DNA of 64,000 bases from an uncultured Bacteroidales bacterium (GTDB taxonomy: Bacteria > Bacteroidota > Bacteroidia > Bacteroidales > UBA10428). The notes below the pieces were generated by a model. It was not told where the DNA came from and did not search any database. It saw only the letters and a program-made list of their open reading frames with translations. The stretch lies in NCBI GenBank assembly GCA_964592225.1, contig CAZQCO010000003.1:15200-79199 (forward strand), given 5' to 3'. How positions within the stretch are numbered: the stretch's first letter is position 1; each line of letters starts with the position of its first letter. Of this stretch, positions 39,251 to 48,655 are shown piece after piece. Both the position numbers and the translations under genes were made by a program.

Positions 39251-42200
39251 TTAGGTTCGACCGTCAGGTTTATATTCATCCCAGCTTTTTATTTTGATAT
39301 CTTCTGCCGAAAGTTTACAAATTCCGGTAAGGAAAGCGCTAGCAAGTCTTGCATTTGTAATAATTGGAATATTGAAGTCTACGGCACTTCTACGTATAGT
39401 ATAATCGTTGCTCAATTCAGTTGAAGTAAGATCTTTTGGTATGTTTATAACAAGATCAATTTTTCCACCGCTTAAATAATCGAGTGTATTGGGTTTCTTC
39501 TTTTCATCGGGCCATGCAAGTATAGTACTTGCCAATCCATTCATTTTAAGAAACTGAGCCGTTCCACGCGTGGCGAATAGGTTATATCCTTTTTCGGCAA
39601 GCAATCGGCAACTGTTTAATAATTCAACCTTTGAACGCATGGGACCTGTTGAAAGCAGGATATTCTTCTTCGGGAAATTATAACCTACGGATAACATGGC
39701 TTTCAGGATGGCTTCATAGAAATCGTCCCCGATACAACCTACTTCTCCTGTCGATGACATATCGACACCCAGTATGGGATCGGCTTTCGAAAGGCGGGAG
39801 AATGAAAATTGTGGAGCTTTCACGCCCAAATATTCCAGATCGAAAATAGTGGAACTGGGTTTTTCCACTTCTTTACCCAGCATAACCTGGGTTGCCAGAT
39901 CGATTAAATTAGTTTTAAGGACTTTCGAAACAAACGGAAAGCTTCGTGAAGCCCTGAGGTTGCATTCTATTACTTTAATATCATTATCCTTTGCCAGGAA
40001 TTGCATGTTGAAGGGACCACTGATATCGAGTGCTTTTGCAATTTGCCTGCTGATTTTTTTAATGCGCCGCAGTGTTTCGAAATAGACTTTTTGTGCAGGA
40101 AAAACCATAGTGGCATCGCCGGAATGCACCCCTGCAAATTCAACATGTTCGCTAATGGCATAGGCTACAAGTTCGCCTTTTTTTGCGACCGCATCGATCT
40201 CAATTTCTTTTGCCTGCTGAATGAACTCGGAAACTACCACGGGGTATTGTTTTGACACTTTGGCAGCAAGATTCAGAAAATGTTCCATTTCATCCGGATT
40301 TGATACTACATTCATAGCAGCTCCCGAAAGCACATAGGAAGGACGGATAAGAATGGGGAAACCCACTTCGTCGACAAATTTATTTATATCCTTAATACTG
40401 CTTAATTCTTTCCACCGGGGTTGATCGATTTTCAGGGTATCGAGTAGACTTGAAAATTTGTGTCGGTTTTCAGCATTATCAATACTCTCGGGCGATGTTC
40501 CCAGAATTTTCACATCTTGTCCGTGAAGGCGCATAGCCAGATTATTGGGTATTTGTCCTCCAACCGATACTATAACTCCTTTTGGATGTTCAAGATCAAT
40601 AATATCCATTACCCGCTCGAATGTGAGCTCATCAAAATATAAACGGTCACACATATCATAATCGGTACTCACAGTTTCCGGGTTATAGTTGATCATAACC
40701 GAGCGGTAACCTTCCTGGTTAATAGTATAGAGAGAATTTACACTGCACCAGTCGAATTCGACACTGCTTCCGATCCTGTATGCCCCTGATCCCAATACAA
40801 TTACGGATTTATCGTTATCGTTATAATCGAGATCGTGTTTGATACCTCCGTATGTCAGGTAGAGATAGTTGGTTTGTGCAGGAAATTCGGCAGCCAGTGT
40901 ATCAATTTGTTTGACAACTGGGACAATACCTTTTTGGATACGATGAGATCGAACCTTGAGAAGATTGGTTTCAATATATTCATGGGTGTCTTTTAAGACA
41001 AATCGTGCAATCTGGAAATCGGAAAAGCCCATCTCCTTAGCTCTGAGGAGATCTTCATCGGGCAATTCATCCAGAGAATTAAATTGTTCGAGCTTTTTCT
41101 CATTCTCATGAATAGCCTGTAATTTATAGAGAAACCAGGGATCGATTTTTGTTAAATCGTGGATTTGTTTGACAGAATAACCTTTTTCGAAAGCTGCAGC
41201 TATAACAAAAATCCGCATATCGGTCGGATTTGAAAGTTCTTTATCTATATCCCCGAATTCAAGATCCCGGTTTCCGACAAATCCATGCATTCCCTGACCA
41301 ATCATACGCAGGCCTTTTTGTATTACCTCCTCAAAACTTCTTCCAATAGCCATCACCTCACCAACGCTCTTCATGCTACTCCCTATATGCTTTTCAACAC
41401 CGATAAATTTATTGAGGTCCCAGCGTGGAATTTTACATACTATATAGTCGAGGGCAGGCTCAAAAAAGGCGGGTGTTGTTTTTGTGATCGAGTTTTTCAG
41501 TTCATGCAAACCGTAACCGAGACCGAGTTTTGCTGCTACAAAAGCCAACGGATAGCCTGTCGCTTTTGAAGCCAGCGCGCTGGAACGGGAAAGGCGGGCA
41601 TTTACCTCAATTACCCGGTAGTCTTCCGATTGGGGATCGAGTGCATACTGGATATTACATTCACCGATAATGCCTATATGGCGGATAATTTTTATGGCAA
41701 GCTGACGCAAGCCATGATATTCTGAATTAGTAAGTGTCTGTGAAGGAGCAACCACAATGCTTTCACCTGTATGTATACCTAATGGATCAAAATTCTCCAT
41801 GTTACATACGGTGATACAATTATCATATTTATCGCGTACAACCTCGTACTCAACTTCTTTCCAACCCTTTAACGATTTTTCGACCAGGATTTGTTTTGAA
41901 TAGGAAAATGCCTGACTTGCCCGATGTTTCATTTCTTCTGGCGTATTACAGAATCCCGATCCCTGGCCACCAAGTGTATAGGCCGCCCTGATGATAACCG
42001 GATAACCAAGATTTTTAGCGGCCTTGAGAGCATCGTCCACAGTAGCTACTGCAACACTTTTTATTGTTTTAATCTGGATCTGATCGAGTTTTTTCACGAA
42101 CAACTCACGATCTTCCGTATCCATTATTGCCTGTACTGGTGTTCCTAAAACCTTTACATTGTTTCGAGCCAGTGCTCCCGATTTATGGAGTTCTATCCCG

Positions 42201-42487
42201 CAATTTAGTGCTGTTTGTCCGCCAAATGAAAGCAAAATACCCTGGGGCTTTTCTTTCTCCAATATTTTTTCGACGAAATAAGGAGTCACCGGAAGGAAAT
42301 AAATCTTATCGGCGATACCTTCAGTAGTTTGAACCGTTGCAATATTTGGATTAATAAGGATAGTTTTTACTCCTTCTTCTTTAAGTGCTTTAAGTGCCTG
42401 AGAACCAGAATAATCAAATTCGCCTGCTTCACCGATTTTGAGTGCGCCAGAGCCCAAAATAACTATCTTATTAATTGATTTATCCAT
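39251..42487 (-). CDS. carB: carbamoyl-phosphate synthase large subunit
   Basis: 1078 aa with duplicated ATP-grasp halves ('ILGSGALKIGEAGEFDYSG' and 'VLGSGAYRIGSSVEFDWC'), an oligomerisation domain and a C-terminal MGS-like domain. Confidence 0.97.
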   Translation of the reverse strand: MDKSINKIVILGSGALKIGEAGEFDYSGSQALKALKEEGVKTILINPNIATVQTTEGIADKIYFLPVTPYFVEKILEKEKPQGILLSFGGQTALNCGIELHKSGALARNNVKVLGTPVQAIMDTEDRELFVKKLDQIQIKTIKSVAVATVDDALKAAKNLGYPVIIRAAYTLGGQGSGFCNTPEEMKHRASQAFSYSKQILVEKSLKGWKEVEYEVVRDKYDNCITVCNMENFDPLGIHTGESIVVAPSQTLTNSEYHGLRQLAIKIIRHIGIIGECNIQYALDPQSEDYRVIEVNARLSRSSALASKATGYPLAFVAAKLGLGYGLHELKNSITKTTPAFFEPALDYIVCKIPRWDLNKFIGVEKHIGSSMKSVGEVMAIGRSFEEVIQKGLRMIGQGMHGFVGNRDLEFGDIDKELSNPTDMRIFVIAAAFEKGYSVKQIHDLTKIDPWFLYKLQAIHENEKKLEQFNSLDELPDEDLLRAKEMGFSDFQIARFVLKDTHEYIETNLLKVRSHRIQKGIVPVVKQIDTLAAEFPAQTNYLYLTYGGIKHDLDYNDNDKSVIVLGSGAYRIGSSVEFDWCSVNSLYTINQEGYRSVMINYNPETVSTDYDMCDRLYFDELTFERVMDIIDLEHPKGVIVSVGGQIPNNLAMRLHGQDVKILGTSPESIDNAENRHKFSSLLDTLKIDQPRWKELSSIKDINKFVDEVGFPILIRPSYVLSGAAMNVVSNPDEMEHFLNLAAKVSKQYPVVVSEFIQQAKEIEIDAVAKKGELVAYAISEHVEFAGVHSGDATMVFPAQKVYFETLRRIKKISRQIAKALDISGPFNMQFLAKDNDIKVIECNLRASRSFPFVSKVLKTNLIDLATQVMLGKEVEKPSSTIFDLEYLGVKAPQFSFSRLSKADPILGVDMSSTGEVGCIGDDFYEAILKAMLSVGYNFPKKNILLSTGPMRSKVELLNSCRLLAEKGYNLFATRGTAQFLKMNGLASTILAWPDEKKKPNTLDYLSGGKIDLVINIPKDLTSTELSNDYTIRRSAVDFNIPIITNARLASAFLTGICKLSAEDIKIKSWDEYKPDGRT

Positions 42488-42527
42488 TTATTCCTCGTAG
42501 TATTGAATCGTATTAATTTAACCGGCG

Positions 42528-42535
42528 CAAAAGTA
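42528..42535 (-). promoter_or_regulatory. Bacteroides-type -7 promoter box for carB
   Basis: The minus strand reads TACTTTTG (TAnnTTTG), ~40 nt upstream of the carB ATG at 42487. Confidence 0.45.
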
Positions 42536-42574
42536 CAAATAATTTGAATATACGGTTTGTTAATTAAAGGAAAT

Positions 42575-42609
42575 TGCATATTTTTGCACGATCAATGAAT
42601 AATTATTCA
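42575..42609. promoter_or_regulatory. tandem ARG boxes (ArgR operator) overlapping the argR promoter
   Basis: Box 1 is TGCATATTTTTGCA (42575-42588). Box 2 is the perfect palindrome TGAATAATTATTCA (42596-42609). Their centres are 21 bp apart, as in canonical paired ARG boxes (core TGAAT-w4-ATTCA). Box 1 contains a TAnnTTTG -7 box (TATTTTTG, 42579-42586), and box 2 ends 1 nt before the argR ATG. Confidence 0.65.
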
Positions 42610-42610
42610 G

Positions 42611-43084
42611 ATGGGAAACAGGACCGAACGTTTATTAACCATTAAAGAATTGATTTCTTCCCTGAAGATCTCCAGTCAGGAAGAATTACTTGGTCTCTTA
42701 GAGGAACGTGGATTGACTTACACACAGGCCACGCTTTCAAGAGATTTAAAATTTTTAAAAGTAAATAAGATAGCAGATCCGGAGAAGGGATATATATATG
42801 AGCTCCCGGAGCAGCATGTGGTTATGAGTGATGTGGCAGAATCATATGCTGCTCAGGGATTTATATCCATAAAATTCGCAAATAACCTGGGAGTTATCAA
42901 AACTATGCCAGGATATGCCCCAAGTATAGCGTCGATGATTGATAAATCAAATCCTTTCGAAATTGTCGGGACTATTGCGGGTGATGATACAATCCTGATT
43001 ATCCCTCACGATAATGTATCTGAGAGGGATGTTTTAAATACTCTTATACTTATAATCCCTGAGTTAAAAGAAAAACTGGGATAG
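42611..43084 (+). CDS. argR: arginine repressor
   Basis: The winged-helix N-domain shows 'TQATLSRDLKFLKV'. The C-terminal arginine-binding motif shows 'VGTIAGDDTILII'. Confidence 0.9.
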   Translation: MGNRTERLLTIKELISSLKISSQEELLGLLEERGLTYTQATLSRDLKFLKVNKIADPEKGYIYELPEQHVVMSDVAESYAAQGFISIKFANNLGVIKTMPGYAPSIASMIDKSNPFEIVGTIAGDDTILIIPHDNVSERDVLNTLILIIPELKEKLG

Positions 43085-43192
43085 CATATTAGGGTTGACC
43101 GTTGAGTAGTTACATAACTCTTTTCATAGATAAACTAAGCTATACTGCACTTCGGTCAACCTGTTTTCTGTGAATGATTTAAAAAACAATAT

Positions 43193-44437
43193 ATGAAAAG
43201 CAATAAAGTAGTTTTAGCATACAGTGGAGGACTTGATACTTCGGTGATTTTAAAATGGCTGATCGATAAAAACTATGAGGTTATAGCCTATGTGGCTGAT
43301 GTGGGGCAGGATGATGATTTTGAGGAAGTAAAGGTGAAGGCTCTTAAGATAGGAGCATCGAAGGTATTTATTGAAGATCTGCAAAAGGAATTTGTAACCG
43401 ATTATATTTTCCCGGCTATAAAAGCAAATGCTATGTACGAGGGTCGCTATCTTTTGGGAACTGCTCTCGCACGGCCCCTAATTGCAAAAAGACATATTGA
43501 GATTGCCGCTAAAGAAGGAGCTGAGTATGTATCGCATGGTGCTACCGGAAAAGGAAACGACCAGGTGAGATTTGAACTTACTTTTTATGCACTTGAACCT
43601 AAAATAAAAGTTCTGGCTCCATGGAAAATGCAGGAATTTCTTGATAAATTCAAGGGGAGGACCGATATGCTCAATTATGCTGAAAAATATAATATTCCTG
43701 TAAAGGCTTCCCTGAAGAAACCGTATAGTGAGGACGACAATCTCATGCATATAAGTCATGAAGCAGGAATACTTGAAGATCCGAAATATAAAGCTGAAAA
43801 GGAAATGCTGGTTAAAATGGTGACTCCCCAGGATGCTCCTGATAAAGAAACAAGTCTTGAGATTCATTTCAAGGACGGGATCCCTGTTAAAGTAATAGAT
43901 ACTACTAACGGAATTACAAAAAAAGATCCGCTGGAATTGTTTTTATACCTTAATAAGCTCGGGGGAGAAAACGGAATTGGCCTACTCGATATGGTGGAAA
44001 ATCGCTTTGTAGGGATTAAATCAAGAGGAGTGTACGAAACTCCTGCAGGTGAAATTCTTATTAAGGCTCACATGGATATAGAAGGGATAGCAATGGACCG
44101 CGAAGTGATGCGGCTGCGAAATATGCTTTCGCCAGTTTTCAGTGAAATAGTATACAATGGCTTCTGGTTCAGTCCTGAGATGGATTTTTTAATGGCTTCC
44201 ATCGATAAAAGCCAGGAGTTAATAGATGGCATTGTATACCTTACTCTTTATAAGGGCAACGTAATAATTAATGGGCGTGAATCACCGAGCTCACTTTATA
44301 ACCAGGATCTATCAAGTATGGATATCGAGGGAGGTTTCGATCAAAAAGACAGTGCCGGATTTATTAAAATCAATGCAATCCGGCTTATGGCACATAATGC
44401 GATACTTAAGAAACAGGGAGAAAAAATTATTAAATAA
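43193..44437 (+). CDS. argG: argininosuccinate synthase
   Basis: Contains the N-type ATP-pyrophosphatase motif '[12 protein letters not shown]', plus '[15 protein letters not shown]' and '[16 protein letters not shown]'. Confidence 0.95.
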   Translation: MKSNKVVLAYSGGLDTSVILKWLIDKNYEVIAYVADVGQDDDFEEVKVKALKIGASKVFIEDLQKEFVTDYIFPAIKANAMYEGRYLLGTALARPLIAKRHIEIAAKEGAEYVSHGATGKGNDQVRFELTFYALEPKIKVLAPWKMQEFLDKFKGRTDMLNYAEKYNIPVKASLKKPYSEDDNLMHISHEAGILEDPKYKAEKEMLVKMVTPQDAPDKETSLEIHFKDGIPVKVIDTTNGITKKDPLELFLYLNKLGGENGIGLLDMVENRFVGIKSRGVYETPAGEILIKAHMDIEGIAMDREVMRLRNMLSPVFSEIVYNGFWFSPEMDFLMASIDKSQELIDGIVYLTLYKGNVIINGRESPSSLYNQDLSSMDIEGGFDQKDSAGFIKINAIRLMAHNAILKKQGEKIIK

Positions 44438-44445
44438 TCTGATTT

Positions 44446-45777
44446 ATGAAACTCTGGCAAAAGGAGACAGAAATCAATAAACGAATTGAGAAATTTACGA
44501 TTGGTCGCGATCGTGAACTGGATCTTTTATTGGCCGGATACGATGTTTTAGGCTCGCTTGCCCATATTGCTATGCTTTGCAAAGTAGGATTACTTGATTC
44601 GTCGGAATATAAATTATTGAAAACAGAGTTAAAGGCAATCTATAGAAAGATTGAAGCAGGAAGTTTTACAATCGATGAAGGCATTGAAGATATTCATTCA
44701 CAGATAGAGTTTTTGCTTACCCAGAAGTTAGGTAATGCAGGTAAAAAGATACATAGTGCCCGCTCTCGCAATGACCAGATACTGGTCGACCTTAAATTAT
44801 TTACTCGCCATAATCTGTTTCAGATTGTGGATGCCGTTACAACTCTGTTTAATACACTTATAGCATTAAGCGAGAAACATAAAACCATTTTAATGCCTGG
44901 CTATACCCATCTTCAGGTTGCCATGCCATCGTCATTTGGTCTATGGTTTGGGGCTTACGCGGAAAGTTTTACGGATGATTTATTACTGTTGCAAACCGCT
45001 TTACGGATCACCAATCAGAATCCATTAGGTTCGGCAGCTGGCTATGGTTCTTCATTTCCGATTGACAGGCAGATGACAACAGATCTTTTAGGTTTCGATT
45101 CCCTGAATTATAATGTTATTTATGCTCAGATGGGTCGTGGCAAAGTTGAAAGAACAGTTGCCTATGCGCTAAGCTCTGTAGCCAGTACACTCTCAAAAAT
45201 GGCCTATGACTGCTGTCTCTTCATGAGTCAGAATTTTGGGTTTATCAGTCTTCCTGAAGAATTAACTACAGGTTCGAGTATAATGCCACATAAAAAAAAT
45301 CCGGATGTATTTGAATTAGTACGTGCAAAAAGTAATAAAATCATGGCCCTGGCTGCTGAAATACATTTGATAGGAAATAACTTGCCTTCGGGCTATTTCA
45401 GAGATTTTCAGATTATTAAGGAATCCTATCTGGAATCATTCGGTACTTTGCTTGATTGCCTTGAAATAACAAATTATGTTATCGGAAGAATTGAAGTCAG
45501 AAATGACTTGCTCGAAGAAGAAAAATACAAATACATTTTTAGTGTGGAAGAGGTAAATCGTGAAGTTTTAAAAGGTGTGCCTTTCAGAGAATCCTATAAG
45601 CTTGTAGGAGATAAGATCAGAAAAGGTGAATATAAACCTGACAGGACGATCCAGCATACACACGAAGGGAGTATCGGAAACTTAAGCAACAAAAATATTA
45701 AAAAGAAATTTGTCGGAATTTTGGCTGAATTTAACCGCGAAAAAGTGGAGCAGGCCGAAAGGGAACTGTTAAAATGA
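44446..45777 (+). CDS. argH: argininosuccinate lyase
   Basis: Contains the fumarate-lyase signature 'GSSIMPHKKNPD', plus 'HSARSRNDQ' and 'PGYTHLQVAMP'. Confidence 0.95.
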   Translation: MKLWQKETEINKRIEKFTIGRDRELDLLLAGYDVLGSLAHIAMLCKVGLLDSSEYKLLKTELKAIYRKIEAGSFTIDEGIEDIHSQIEFLLTQKLGNAGKKIHSARSRNDQILVDLKLFTRHNLFQIVDAVTTLFNTLIALSEKHKTILMPGYTHLQVAMPSSFGLWFGAYAESFTDDLLLLQTALRITNQNPLGSAAGYGSSFPIDRQMTTDLLGFDSLNYNVIYAQMGRGKVERTVAYALSSVASTLSKMAYDCCLFMSQNFGFISLPEELTTGSSIMPHKKNPDVFELVRAKSNKIMALAAEIHLIGNNLPSGYFRDFQIIKESYLESFGTLLDCLEITNYVIGRIEVRNDLLEEEKYKYIFSVEEVNREVLKGVPFRESYKLVGDKIRKGEYKPDRTIQHTHEGSIGNLSNKNIKKKFVGILAEFNREKVEQAERELLK

Positions 45778-45783
45778 TAGTTT

Positions 45784-46458
45784 ATGTGTAAAAGCAGGAT
45801 TGTAGTGCGTATCGAAATATCGACACTTTCAAATTCCGATGGGAAATTTAACCATCAGAAAATGGATCGTTTGGCCATGGTTCTGTCCAATTTAAATAAC
45901 AGTGGCAAACAGGTAATTGTGGTAAGTTCGGGAGCTATTGCTCTAGGAATAGATAAAATGAAAATAAAAAATCAACCAACAAGCTATGAGGAGATGCAGG
46001 CTATTGCTGCCATTGGACAGGCAGAACTCATCAGGTTTTACCAACATTATTTCGATCAGTATAACCAAATAGTGGCTCAGGTGTTACTCATTGGTGACAT
46101 TATGGATAATGCCACGAGGGTTAAGAATACACAAAATACATTTGATACACTACTTGAAATGAATATCATTCCGATAGTGAATGAAAATGATGCTGTATCT
46201 CTTACGGATATTGAACTTGATGATAATTATGTACTTGCATTGCAAGTAGCAAAAATCACTAAAGCAGATATTATCCTCATTAAAATGGATACCAATAGCA
46301 AATTCATTATTCAACCGCGTAATAAACTGAATGCAAAACTTGTTTCTGACGAAACCCAACTTTTTAAAGAACTGGAGAAGACCTGTAATGAAATAGTTTG
46401 TGACGATTCTGCAGAATTATTTTTTCCTGAATCGATTAAAGATATTGTCTTGAATTAA
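45784..46458 (+). CDS. truncated, degenerate glutamate-5-kinase (amino-acid kinase family) paralog
   Basis: 224 aa, collinear with the N-terminal ~210 aa of the adjacent ProB ('VVSSGAIALG', 'AAIGQAELIRFY', 'VAQVLL', 'IIPIVNENDAV'). Catalytic or nucleotide-binding blocks are altered: 'VKVGTSSL' becomes 'VRIEISTL' and 'FGDNDTLSA' becomes 'LDDNYVLAL'. The C-terminal 'GTGGMVTK' block is absent. Confidence 0.6.
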   Translation: MCKSRIVVRIEISTLSNSDGKFNHQKMDRLAMVLSNLNNSGKQVIVVSSGAIALGIDKMKIKNQPTSYEEMQAIAAIGQAELIRFYQHYFDQYNQIVAQVLLIGDIMDNATRVKNTQNTFDTLLEMNIIPIVNENDAVSLTDIELDDNYVLALQVAKITKADIILIKMDTNSKFIIQPRNKLNAKLVSDETQLFKELEKTCNEIVCDDSAELFFPESIKDIVLN

Positions 46459-46463
46459 AGCTA

Positions 46464-47282
46464 ATGATAAACATGAGGGAAAGTTTTAAATATAAAAAGC
46501 GAATAGTAGTTAAAGTCGGAACATCTTCACTATCCTATGCAAATGGGCGATTAAACTTTCAGCGAATTGCTAATTTATCATATGTCTTAAGTGCTCTTCG
46601 TAATCGAAATCTGGAAATTGTTTTGGTAAGTTCAGGGGCGATTGGTGTTGGAGCCGGCCGTCTGGGAATGCTAAACAAACCTGTTGAACTTTCAAAAAAA
46701 CAGGCGTTGGCAGCCGTCGGTCAGGCAGAATTGATAAAGATTTATCAAAAATTTTTCGAAGGATATAATCAGACTGTGGCACAGGTTTTACTTACAAAAG
46801 ATATAGTTACTATACCCGACAGACATCAGAATGCGAAAAGTACGCTACTAAAGTTAATGGAGATGGGGATCATTCCAATAATCAATGAGAACGATACCAT
46901 TTCTACCTACGAAATAGAATTTGGCGATAACGATACACTTTCAGCCAATGTTGCTCAACTCATAGAGGCCGATCTCCTTATTTTACTTAGCGATATCGAC
47001 GGATTATATTCTGCTGATCCGAAAAAAGAAGATAAAGCAGAAATTATCCGCTCGGTAGATAAGATCACTCCCGAACTGGAAAAACTGGCTTCGGGGACAG
47101 GCACATCATTTGGAACCGGCGGAATGGTTACCAAGATATCTGCGGCTAAAATTTGCATCGATGCCAATATCGATACCATTATAACTAATGGGAACGATCC
47201 TTCGATTATATTTGATATTCTTGAAGGGAAAGAAGTAGGAACTCATTTCGTTGCTAATAAATCTGTTATTTTAAAAGATTAA
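46464..47282 (+). CDS. proB: glutamate 5-kinase (short form without PUA domain)
   Basis: All expected blocks are present: 'RIVVKVGTSSL', 'VSSGAIGVG', 'IINENDT', 'FGDNDTLSA', 'GTGGMVTKISAAK'. Confidence 0.9.
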   Translation: MINMRESFKYKKRIVVKVGTSSLSYANGRLNFQRIANLSYVLSALRNRNLEIVLVSSGAIGVGAGRLGMLNKPVELSKKQALAAVGQAELIKIYQKFFEGYNQTVAQVLLTKDIVTIPDRHQNAKSTLLKLMEMGIIPIINENDTISTYEIEFGDNDTLSANVAQLIEADLLILLSDIDGLYSADPKKEDKAEIIRSVDKITPELEKLASGTGTSFGTGGMVTKISAAKICIDANIDTIITNGNDPSIIFDILEGKEVGTHFVANKSVILKD

Positions 47283-47289
47283 CACTATC

Positions 47290-48540
47290 ATGAATCAGGT
47301 TTTACTTCAGAAAGGGAATAATGTAAAAACTGCTGCAAGAAAATTGGTGAAATATACCACCGATAAAAAGAATGCTGCGCTTGCATTAATTGCTGAAGAA
47401 ATTGAAGTTCATCGCAACGATATAAAAAAAGCAAACGCAATTGATTTAAGTCAGGGTAAGAAAAAAGGGCTCTCAACAGCTTTTCTTGACCGTCTTGAAC
47501 TTACCGATAAGCGGATCGATGGGATGATCAGAATTTTGCACGATGTAATAAGTCTGAAAGATCCTGTCGGAGAAATTATTGGAATGAATACTTTACCCAA
47601 TGGATTGCGGGTTGGACAAATGCGAATGCCCCTTGGGGTTATTGGGATTATTTTTGAATCACGGCCAAATGTATGTATCGAAGTAGCTGCGCTTACAATA
47701 AAATCGGCAAACGGAGTAATATTACGGGGTGGATCGGATGCGATTCATTCCAATATTGCACTCACAAAAATCATTAAAGCCGGATTAAAAAAGGCAGGAC
47801 TTCCTGAATCCTCAGTAGAAGTGATCGAAGATACCGATCGTGAGTCAGTAAAGGAGCTTCTTCGCATGCGCGATTATATCGATATTATTATCCCACGCGG
47901 GAGTTTAAATCTGATTCGTTTTGTAGAGGAACACTCCTTAATACCAGTAATTCGTCACGATCTGGGAATCTGTCATACCTATGTTGATGAATATGCCGAT
48001 ATGGATATGGCAATATCGGTGGCTTATAACGCAAAAGTTCAACGACCAGGAGTTTGCAACTCAATGGAAACTTTATTGGTGCATCAAAAAATAGCTGCTG
48101 AGTTTTTACCAAGAATTAAAACTGAATACGACAAAGCCGGAGTGGAACTTAGAGGATGTCGAAAAACAAAAAAATATTTATCCGCTATAAAAGACGCAAC
48201 CGAAGAAGACTGGAAAACAGAATACCTCGATCTGATATTATCGATAAAAACAGTAAACTCTGTCGATGAGGCCATCGATCATATTAATAATTATGGTTCG
48301 CATCACAGCGATGCTATTATAAGTGAAAATTATACCCATTGTATGCAATTTCTTAATGAAGTGGATTCAGCGGCCTGCTTTATTAATGCGTCTACACGTT
48401 TCACTGATGGTAATGAGTTCGGACTTGGAGCTGAAATGGGGATCAGCAATCAAAAACTTCATGTTCGCGGTCCAATGGGATTAAAAGAATTAACCTCAGC
48501 CAAGTACATTATTTTTGGTAGCGGACAAATTAGAAATTAA
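47290..48540 (+). CDS. proA: glutamate-5-semialdehyde dehydrogenase
   Basis: 416 aa. Contains 'IFESRPNV', catalytic-Cys block 'RPGVCNSMETLLVH' and 'NASTRFTDGNEFGLGAEMGIS'. Confidence 0.95.
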   Translation: MNQVLLQKGNNVKTAARKLVKYTTDKKNAALALIAEEIEVHRNDIKKANAIDLSQGKKKGLSTAFLDRLELTDKRIDGMIRILHDVISLKDPVGEIIGMNTLPNGLRVGQMRMPLGVIGIIFESRPNVCIEVAALTIKSANGVILRGGSDAIHSNIALTKIIKAGLKKAGLPESSVEVIEDTDRESVKELLRMRDYIDIIIPRGSLNLIRFVEEHSLIPVIRHDLGICHTYVDEYADMDMAISVAYNAKVQRPGVCNSMETLLVHQKIAAEFLPRIKTEYDKAGVELRGCRKTKKYLSAIKDATEEDWKTEYLDLILSIKTVNSVDEAIDHINNYGSHHSDAIISENYTHCMQFLNEVDSAACFINASTRFTDGNEFGLGAEMGISNQKLHVRGPMGLKELTSAKYIIFGSGQIRN

Positions 48541-48655
48541 GAGCAATTTAGAAAAATTAAAAAACAAAATATGAGCTATAAATCAGACCAGATATATTAT
48601 CAATTCATTGTTTGGCAACACTGTCCTAAAATTTAGTACAAACTTGAAAATTTAA

